Below are positions 25,513-31,413 of a stretch of 31,413 nucleotides of DNA, piece after piece; the first letter of the stretch is position 1, and each line of letters starts with the position of its first letter. Under the pieces are notes generated by a model that saw only the letters and a list, made by a program, of their open reading frames with translations, searched no databases and had not been told where the DNA came from. The translations under genes were made by a program, and so were the position numbers. Source of the stretch: Erysipelotrichaceae bacterium (GTDB taxonomy: Bacteria > Bacillota_I > Bacilli_A > Erysipelotrichales > Erysipelotrichaceae); NCBI GenBank assembly GCA_030604855.1, contig JAUVVC010000012.1:1-31413 (forward strand), in the 5' to 3' direction.

Positions 25513-26841
25513 CTAGCTTTCCTTTAAAATTGAAATCACGCTATTTTTACGTAAGGTATTGAGCGTCAAACCAACCATGAATAGACTGGGGAGAAATAAA
25601 GATATGTACCCATGGAAAAGAATCTGAGGTAGATATAAGCCGAGCACACTGAGTCCATCATAAAACTTTTTATTGATGTCCAGTAGATAGGCATAGGCCA
25701 CCAAACTCGATAAGATGAACGAACCGATACCCAGCAATAAAGCTTCCCATATGAAGATCTTCAACACATCTTGATGACGCGCTCCAATCGCTTTGAAGAT
25801 GCCCAATTGTTTGATGCGTTGTTCAACGCTGATGGAAAGGAATACATAGAAGATGCCAAGCAACAAGACATAGGTCCCTAGGATCAAAACTTCCGCATGG
25901 GCTTGGGTGAGGTATCCTTGTAGATCTGTAGCAATCGCTTTGATTTGCTCAGAATCGAGTATTTCAAACAGCCGCATATCCGGATCATTGAGAAAATGCA
26001 GATACGCACCCAATAGATTGGAAACCATCAAACTGAATGTCAACAATAAACTCGTCATGATGACTTGAAGTCGTTTAGGACGCAAGGCATGGATGCCATA
26101 CTTGATACTAGAGGATAACTTTAAAAAGCCCTTGTGTTCATGCACTTTTGACAACTTATCTTCTGATACATGAATAAGCTCATCTTTTGAGATGCGTCCA
26201 TCCTTAATGTATATGATGCGATCGCCAAACACTTTCGCCTCTTCTGGATCATGGGACACCACCACAACCAACGTCTCTTTTGATATTTCCTTCAACAAGT
26301 TCATGATTTGATCCGATGTGTTTGAATCCAGATTCCCGGTTGGTTCATCCGTAAGAATCAAGCGGGGTCGCTTGATCAAAGCACGCGCAATGGCGATACG
26401 TTGTTTCTGCCCACCCGAGACTTCATTACCTTTGCGATTCTCAAAATCCTTAAGATCCACCAACTCTAAAGTGTTCCGCATCAACTTTGATTCGATGGTC
26501 TTGCCTTGCAATTCCAATGCCAAACCCACATTCTCTCGAACCGTATAGTGCTCAATGATGTTGAAGTCTTGAAACACGAAACCCACGTCATGACAACGAT
26601 AAGCATCGAGTTCTTTTCCTTTTTTAGCGCTCAGATCCATTCCGTCCACCAAAATCCGACCTGAATCAGCTCGATCCAAACCACCTAAGAGATTCAGTAA
26701 GGTAGATTTACCACTACCACTTTTACCCAAGACAAAAATCATGCCCACATCGGGTAAGTTTAAACGGATCGAATCAAGCGCTTGGGTTTTGACACCCAAG
26801 CGCGTTGTATACGTTTTTGTCAGATCAATAAGTTCAATCAA
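25513..26841 (-). CDS. Fused ABC ATPase / FtsX(MacB-type) permease with minimal extracytoplasmic loop
   Basis: TTG start behind AAAGG, N-terminus [11 protein letters not shown]. The full ATPase motif set sits at the same residue positions as in its neighbour. TM1 is followed by only about 34 aa before the FtsX core ([12 protein letters not shown]...). The stop abuts the next ATG (TAGATG). Confidence 0.85.
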   Translation of the reverse strand: MIELIDLTKTYTTRLGVKTQALDSIRLNLPDVGMIFVLGKSGSGKSTLLNLLGGLDRADSGRILVDGMDLSAKKGKELDAYRCHDVGFVFQDFNIIEHYTVRENVGLALELQGKTIESKLMRNTLELVDLKDFENRKGNEVSGGQKQRIAIARALIKRPRLILTDEPTGNLDSNTSDQIMNLLKEISKETLVVVVSHDPEEAKVFGDRIIYIKDGRISKDELIHVSEDKLSKVHEHKGFLKLSSSIKYGIHALRPKRLQVIMTSLLLTFSLMVSNLLGAYLHFLNDPDMRLFEILDSEQIKAIATDLQGYLTQAHAEVLILGTYVLLLGIFYVFLSISVEQRIKQLGIFKAIGARHQDVLKIFIWEALLLGIGSFILSSLVAYAYLLDINKKFYDGLSVLGLYLPQILFHGYISLFLPSLFMVGLTLNTLRKNSVISILKES

Positions 26842-26853
26842 AATAAAACCTTT

Positions 26854-27789
26854 CTAAGCCTGATTCAAACGTTGTACCGTCTCTTTGATCAAAGCCACAA
26901 ACCCTTCGCGATTCGACGCTAGGGCTACCCAAGCATTCAAGGGTCGTCCTGTGACGCTGTGTTGGTCGACGATGGTTTGACCACGACTGTAACTTCCACT
27001 CAAATCAACCACCACATTGAGATGTTCCAGGGTGAAGAGTTCCGGTTGAATCAAATAGGCAACCGCACAACTGTCGTGCGATGGATCCCCTTTAAAGAAA
27101 GGAAGATCTTGATAATTCTTGAAATGATAACGTAAACAATCCGCAGCCAAAGCTCCAAACTTACCAAGCTTGGAAATTTCATCCATCTCACTAGGATAGA
27201 TCACGGTTTGATACGTCACATTCAAGCCAAACATCGCAATTTTAAGCCCTGAATTAAAGACGATGTGTGCCGCTTCAGGATCATTCTTGGTATTGGCTTC
27301 CATGACCGCACCGACATTACCGACATGGACCGATCCCCCCATCAGTGAGATCATATCAATTTTATCGAGAATCTCAGGATACAAACTGATGGCCATCCCC
27401 ACATTGGTCAGGGGACCCGTCGCAATGATTGTGATTTTTTCTGATGATGCCTTAAGTGTCTGTGCGATCCATTCATGAGCTCTTAAGGGCTCAATCTCTC
27501 GTTTGGCTTTGGGCAGTTCAATGTTCGCAATGCCCTTGGATCCATGGACATGGGAACCGGAGGAAAAGCGTCCCAAAATCGGATTGCTCGAACCTTGTGC
27601 CACTGGAATATCCGGCCTTCCATAATATTCCAATAGATCGAGCGCATTTTGGGTCGTGTACTCAATCAAAGAATTTCCTGCGATGGTGGTGACTCCTAAG
27701 ATCTCCCAATCCTTTTGTCCCACCGCTAACAATAAAGCTAGGGCATCATCCAAGCCTGGATCACAGTCAAATATGATTTTACGTTTCAT
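26854..27789 (-). CDS. Nucleoside hydrolase (IUNH family)
   Basis: FDCDPGLDDALAL N-terminal DxDxxxDD fingerprint. 311 aa. Confidence 0.9.
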   Translation of the reverse strand: MKRKIIFDCDPGLDDALALLLAVGQKDWEILGVTTIAGNSLIEYTTQNALDLLEYYGRPDIPVAQGSSNPILGRFSSGSHVHGSKGIANIELPKAKREIEPLRAHEWIAQTLKASSEKITIIATGPLTNVGMAISLYPEILDKIDMISLMGGSVHVGNVGAVMEANTKNDPEAAHIVFNSGLKIAMFGLNVTYQTVIYPSEMDEISKLGKFGALAADCLRYHFKNYQDLPFFKGDPSHDSCAVAYLIQPELFTLEHLNVVVDLSGSYSRGQTIVDQHSVTGRPLNAWVALASNREGFVALIKETVQRLNQA

Positions 27790-28256
27790 TGTTTATTCCT
27801 TTTCGCTTTGATTTCAAGATATTTCGCTTCACCCAAGGCATACAGTTTATGTTCCAAGGCTGTTGTCGGATGTAAGGAATCTACTCTTGCGACCTTCTTA
27901 TCCTTAAGATGCACCATCGTAAAAAATGCCGACAGTGCCAATTTCATATCACTGGCGTTACTGAGGTTATTCACATAGACACTGACCCAGATCTGCATCG
28001 AACTGTTCCCCACATAACAAAGTTGTGCGATGCAAGTCACGATATCCCCGATCAACACAGGATTGTGGAATTCCAACTCATCCACCCGTGCCGTGACCAC
28101 CGCACCTTTAGCGTGTTTGGCCGCTGCGATCCCCGCTGTATTGTCCATCAATCGCATCAATTCACCACCATGGACATGGCCATGGATGTTGGCATGCATC
28201 GGTTCCATTAGAATGCATGTTTCTGCTTGTGAGAAGCTATTATCTTGTTTGTTCAT
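27786..28256 (-). CDS. Hotdog-fold acyl-CoA thioesterase (YciA/Acot7-like)
   Basis: ...MHANIHGHVHGGELMRLMDNTAGIAA... 156 aa. ATGA overlap with the nucleoside hydrolase gene. Confidence 0.85.
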   Translation of the reverse strand: MNKQDNSFSQAETCILMEPMHANIHGHVHGGELMRLMDNTAGIAAAKHAKGAVVTARVDELEFHNPVLIGDIVTCIAQLCYVGNSSMQIWVSVYVNNLSNASDMKLALSAFFTMVHLKDKKVARVDSLHPTTALEHKLYALGEAKYLEIKAKRNKQ

Positions 28257-28302
28257 AAGGTTTCCTTACTTCAACAATACCATAAGAAAACCAGCATGCA
28301 TT

Positions 28303-28327
28303 AAAAAAACGTCCCATTGGAACGTTT
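28303..28327 (-). terminator. Rho-independent terminator of the PF04392-type ABC operon
   Basis: Minus strand: AAACGUUCC, loop AAU, GGGACGUUU (9 bp, one GU), running into a U7 tract (plus-strand A-run 28303-28309). It overlaps the stop codon. Confidence 0.7.
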
Positions 28328-29120
28328 AACCTAAAATCAAAGAATCATTCAATTCATTCATGAGATTCAAGGCATTGAACTTCGCAATCAAATCCATGAC
28401 ACTCAATTTATGTTTTTCTTCACCACTTAAATCCAAGACGATCTGTCCTTTATGAAACATGATCAAACGATCCCCGACATCTAAGGCCTGTTTCAAGTTG
28501 TGTGTGACCATGACCGTTGTGATCTCCTTCTCACGTACCAAGCGTTGCGTCAAGTCAATGATCAATTCCGATGTCTTGGGATCCAAAGCAGCGGTATGTT
28601 CATCCAGCAACAACAACTCAGGTTGAACCAGGGTAGCCATCAAGAGGCTCAAAGCCTGGCGTTGACCCCCGGACAAGGTTCCGACACGATTGTTTAGTTT
28701 TTCTTCCAAGCCGAGATTCAGGGCTTTAAGCTCTTGTTTGAAGTGTTCAATCAAAGCTTGGTCCACACCACGCGATAAATTGAACTTTTTCCCCTTGTTA
28801 TAAGCCATGGAAAGATTCTCAAGAATCGTCAACGAAGGTGCCGTACCCTTTAAAGGATCTTGGTAGACACGAGCGATGTGTCGCGACCGAAGATGTTCCG
28901 GCTGATGAGCGATGTCATGACCCTTGAAGAGGATGGAACCCTGATCTGGCTGAAGTGTCCCCGCAATGATGTTGAAGAAGGTAGACTTGCCACTGCCATT
29001 TGAACCAATGACCGTAATGAACTCCCCATCTTTGATGTGAATATTCAGATCCTGGTAAAGTTGATTCTCATGGGGTGTTCCGACATAGAAACGCTTTTCA
29101 ATGTTTGAGAGTCTAAGCAT
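28326..29120 (-). CDS. ABC transporter ATP-binding protein (KEGG-style putative tryptophan/tyrosine transport system ATPase)
   Basis: GSNGSGKST Walker A, LSGGQRQ signature, LLLDEHTAALD Walker B. 8-nt overlap with the permease gene. Confidence 0.9.
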   Translation of the reverse strand: MLRLSNIEKRFYVGTPHENQLYQDLNIHIKDGEFITVIGSNGSGKSTFFNIIAGTLQPDQGSILFKGHDIAHQPEHLRSRHIARVYQDPLKGTAPSLTILENLSMAYNKGKKFNLSRGVDQALIEHFKQELKALNLGLEEKLNNRVGTLSGGQRQALSLLMATLVQPELLLLDEHTAALDPKTSELIIDLTQRLVREKEITTVMVTHNLKQALDVGDRLIMFHKGQIVLDLSGEEKHKLSVMDLIAKFNALNLMNELNDSLILG

Positions 29121-30039
29121 GTTTGTCCCTTCCTTTCAGTAACTTAGGTCTAAGCTCTTTATTATTCAAAACCAAAGCCAAGACGAAGATAATAGCCGTA
29201 ATCAGTTTTAGATTACTTGGTGGAAGCTTAAGCGCCAAAGCCACTGAGATGCTTAAGCGATACAGAATCGATCCCAACACAACCAATGTCGTGATTTTCC
29301 ATGACTTCATAAACCCCAATACGCTGGTTCCCAAGACCACCGAAGCCAAACCAACAACGACGATGCCACTGCCCAATGAGATGTCATAGAAACGAAACAT
29401 CTGCATGGCAATCGCTCCGGAAAAGGCTGCGATGCCATTGGACAACATTAGACCCAGAATCTTTGTTTTCCCAATATCTTCACCCAAAGCGATGACTAAT
29501 TGCGGGTTATCCCCAGTGATTCTAAGCAAGAATCCAAGCTTGGTTTCCAAGAACCAATCCATCACCAACTTTAGGACAATGATCACCAACAACAACACAA
29601 TACTCGGATAGAAACGGATCACCCAAACTTGTAGATCTTGAGGTAGATTTTCAACCCAGGACCCCACCGTAAACATCGTTTTGACATTGAAGATGGGGAG
29701 ATTGGATCGGTTGTTCGCAATCATGAGATTGATGGAGTACAGTCCTGTCATGACCAAGATGCCACTGAGTAGATTGGAGATTTTGAGTTTGACATGAAGG
29801 AAACCCGTTAACAAACCCGCACCCAAACCACCGATAAAAGAAAGAAACAAGGCCAAGGGAATATTGCCCCACTTTAACAAAACCACAGCTGCAATAACCG
29901 ATCCCAAGGGGAAACTCCCATCCACCGAGAGATCCGGGAAATCCAAGATTTTATAGGTCAAGGTCACCGCAATGGCTAAGACACCATACGCCAAACCTTG
30001 ATTCAACACCTCAATACCAAAGGACAACATATCAATCAA
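29113..30039 (-). CDS. ABC transporter permease (BPD_transp_2 / branched-chain type)
   Basis: 308 aa polytopic protein with N-terminus ...LNQGLAYGVLAIAVTLTYKILDFPDLSVDGSFPLG. Overlaps both neighbouring genes. Confidence 0.9.
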   Translation of the reverse strand: MIDMLSFGIEVLNQGLAYGVLAIAVTLTYKILDFPDLSVDGSFPLGSVIAAVVLLKWGNIPLALFLSFIGGLGAGLLTGFLHVKLKISNLLSGILVMTGLYSINLMIANNRSNLPIFNVKTMFTVGSWVENLPQDLQVWVIRFYPSIVLLLVIIVLKLVMDWFLETKLGFLLRITGDNPQLVIALGEDIGKTKILGLMLSNGIAAFSGAIAMQMFRFYDISLGSGIVVVGLASVVLGTSVLGFMKSWKITTLVVLGSILYRLSISVALALKLPPSNLKLITAIIFVLALVLNNKELRPKLLKGRDKHA

Positions 30040-31009
30040 TCAATGTCGCACGCGCCTTCAAGGCGTCCGAAATGGTGATATTCAAAGTGTTGGCGATCGT
30101 TTGATTGATGATCAATGAAGTATCGGTTGCGGTACTGACTTTTAAGTCTTTAGGTGAAACACCTTCAAAGAGAATCTTGGCAACCAAGCTTGCGGCTTGA
30201 CTTCCCAATTTCAAGTAACTCAAACCCTCTACCGCAAGCAAACCTTGATCCATCGCACCTTCCTCAGCCGCAAAGACAGGTATGCCGACTTGAGCCGCTT
30301 TGTCGGTCACGATCGCCGTATTGGATACCACAAGATTGTCGGTGATGTTATAGAATGCATCGACTTCACCCGCGATCTGTTGAGCGGCACTTGCCATCTC
30401 AGAAGCCGTGGTGATACCGGTCGCAACCACTTCCAAACCAAATTGAGGTGCCAAAGCTTTTACTTGTTCAACTTGAATCAAACCATTGACTTCACCTAAG
30501 TTGTATAACATCCCAATCTTCTTCGCTTCTGGCATCAAATCTTTAATCAATTGAAGTTGAAGATCTAAAGGTGCCGCATCGGATACACCGGTGACATTGC
30601 CCCCTGGTGCCTCATTGGATTCTACGATCCCCGCCGCAACCGCATCGGTTACCGCATTAAAGACGACCGGAATATCACTCCCTTGCGTCGCATTGAACGC
30701 CGCCTGCGCAGCCGGTGTTGCAATCGCATAGATCAGATCTACTTTATCGCTTACGAACTTCTTAGCAATCAAATCTGCTGTAGGCGCATCCCCATTCGCA
30801 TTTTCAATCACAATCTCAAATTTACCCGTATGCCCCATGGCTTCAAGTTCAGCAACCATGCCTTCAATCGTCGCATCCAGAGCTGGGTGTGTAACCAATA
30901 AAAGGACACCAATCACTTTCACATCATCTCCATCTGTCTTAGGCTCAGCCGACGTACATCCAACCATCCATAACAACAATACCAATGCCAGTGTGATTAT
31001 CTTTTTCAT
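30032..31009 (-). CDS. ABC substrate-binding lipoprotein, PF04392 (ABC_sub_bind) type
   Basis: Lipobox MVGC. ...VIGVLLLVTHPALDATIEGM... is typical of this family. GGAGG SD at 31020-31016. Confidence 0.85.
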   Translation of the reverse strand: MKKIITLALVLLLWMVGCTSAEPKTDGDDVKVIGVLLLVTHPALDATIEGMVAELEAMGHTGKFEIVIENANGDAPTADLIAKKFVSDKVDLIYAIATPAAQAAFNATQGSDIPVVFNAVTDAVAAGIVESNEAPGGNVTGVSDAAPLDLQLQLIKDLMPEAKKIGMLYNLGEVNGLIQVEQVKALAPQFGLEVVATGITTASEMASAAQQIAGEVDAFYNITDNLVVSNTAIVTDKAAQVGIPVFAAEEGAMDQGLLAVEGLSYLKLGSQAASLVAKILFEGVSPKDLKVSTATDTSLIINQTIANTLNITISDALKARATLID

Positions 31010-31029
31010 AAGTTCCCTCCCCTCAACAA

Positions 31030-31056
31030 TAAAAAAGCCGCGAATCTATGCGGCTT
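31030..31056 (-). terminator. Leader terminator directly upstream of the SBP gene SD
   Basis: Minus strand: AAGCCGC (31056-31050), 8-nt loop, GCGGCUU (31041-31035), running into U6 (31036-31031). It sits 10 nt upstream of GGAGG. Confidence 0.7.
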
Positions 31057-31139
31057 GTTGAGGAAGATGAATTTGGACCAGCATAGATTTATTTTTAACC
31101 AAGTAAAACAGGTTAATATCTATACCGATATCAACCGAG

Positions 31140-31226
31140 CTACCTAAAATAAAAATAAACGTAATATGCTTGATGCTGAATCTGTAATGTTTGTGTCGTT
31201 CTCATAATCAGCACCCGGCCTTTCAT
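31140..31226 (-). CDS. Candidate leaderless leader peptide MKGRVLIMRTTQTLQIQHQAYYVYFYFR (28 codons)
   Basis: Translated by hand and too short for the ORF track. The ATG at 31226 lies 6 nt after the -10 hexamer, with no SD. The Tyr/Phe run is encoded at 31166-31146. The TAG stop (31142-31140) is 3 nt before the first helix. Confidence 0.4.
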   Translation of the reverse strand: MKGRVLIMRTTQTLQIQHQAYYVYFYFR

Positions 31227-31232
31227 GAAATA

Positions 31233-31261
31233 AATCTAACACAGCACAATGTAACTTTCAA
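31233..31261 (-). promoter_or_regulatory. Promoter of the ABC-importer leader
   Basis: Minus strand: TTGAAA (31261-31256), 17-nt spacer ending in TGt, TAGATT (31238-31233). Confidence 0.5.
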
Positions 31262-31319
31262 TACTTTTTCTGAAAATATTTAGATTACGTGAAATGAAAA
31301 TGTAAATTCCGCATGGGTA

Positions 31320-31366
31320 TGGAATTTAGCTTTACAAATGGAAAGGTGGAATTAAGCCTTACAAAT
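31320..31366. repeat. Two 20-nt direct repeats (18/20 identical) in 27-nt register
   Basis: TGGAATTTAGCTTTACAAAT (31320-31339) and TGGAATTAAGCCTTACAAAT (31347-31366). A partial inverted copy lies at 31301-31310. Confidence 0.65.
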
Positions 31367-31413
31367 TCAGTATAATGCCAATCAAGAAGGTGTCGGGAAA
31401 ATCATTGGAAAGG

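Larger units (their letters stand above)
31010..31226 (-). promoter_or_regulatory. Structured 5' leader with competing helices (candidate attenuator; class unresolved)
   Basis: Mutually exclusive pairings: 31136-31127/31120-31111, 31126-31111/31100-31080, and 31089-31081/31051-43. These lead into a terminator and an anti-SD helix (31066-31055 with 31029-31019). See the first finding. Confidence 0.6.

Noticed and set aside
31010-31226. Calling the ABC-importer leader a T-box riboswitch. The family is often T-box regulated, and a UGGU follows the antiterminator 5' strand at 31080-31077.
   Set aside because: I cannot find the conserved T-box sequence (AGGGUGGNACCGCG); only UGGUCC is present. 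There is also no full-length Stem I with AG bulge and distal loop, and no F-box. The only upstream hairpin (31213-31174) is about 40 nt. The possibility stays open as the main alternative hypothesis and needs a covariance-model search. Purine and ykkC-type riboswitch cores were also not seen.
1-31413. All remaining 60-140-aa ORFs in the track that lie antisense to, or nested within, the long genes. Examples: 545-748, 1701-1883, 10423-10746, 12742-13113, 15244-15666, 21740-22057, 27909-28211, 30197-30499.
   Set aside because: They have no SD or promoter context and low-complexity or odd composition. They are fully overlapped by well-supported genes with recognisable family motifs.
1-31413. A search for CRISPR arrays, IS elements and transposases, integrases, phage genes, toxin-antitoxin pairs, restriction-modification or other defence-type genes, and tRNA/rRNA genes.
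   Set aside because: None were seen. Every long ORF has a metabolic, transport or regulatory family assignment or is a small membrane protein. The only DNA repeats are the intragenic TSG-unit repeat and the 20-nt pair at 31320-31366. This window does not look like a defence or mobile island.

Overview
This window looks like an ordinary chromosomal segment of a low-GC Gram-positive (Bacillota-like) genome. Supporting signs are GGAGG-type ribosome-binding sites (SD), lipoprotein lipoboxes, cre boxes, a DegV/DUF1836 pair and a PadR triad. I support 33 protein genes, 29 of them on the minus strand, tightly packed with many overlapping stop/start junctions.

Gene content, left to right:
- A PadR / DUF1700-like / DUF4097 three-gene module.
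- A 10-gene sugar-acid locus: 6-phosphogluconate-dehydrogenase-like gene, mannose-class PTS IIC/IID/IIB/IIA, two D-2-hydroxyacid dehydrogenases, KDPG aldolase, HAD phosphatase and FGGY gluconokinase. It has its own PRD/EIIA-type activator and a cre-overlapped promoter.
- An M20 metallohydrolase coupled to two uncharacterised membrane proteins.
- SRPBCC, DegV and DUF1836 genes.
- A maltodextrin-type CUT1 ABC operon with a GH13 lipoprotein.
- DsbA-like and GNAT genes.
- A hotdog thioesterase, a nucleoside hydrolase and two tandem fused ABC-ATPase/FtsX proteins.
- A PF04392-type ABC importer, the family KEGG labels putative tryptophan/tyrosine transport system.

I see no rRNA, tRNA, CRISPR array, IS element, integrase, prophage or recognisable defence genes.

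The most interesting signal is not in the ORF track. The roughly 220-nt leader of the last ABC operon (minus strand, 31226-31010) carries an unlisted 28-codon ORF that starts at the predicted transcription start. It ends in YYVYFYF, and a chain of mutually exclusive helices follows it into an intrinsic terminator and an anti-SD helix. I read this as a candidate ribosome-mediated aromatic-amino-acid attenuator, where a T-box would normally be expected. Everything here is by-eye analysis; no searches or folding programs were run.
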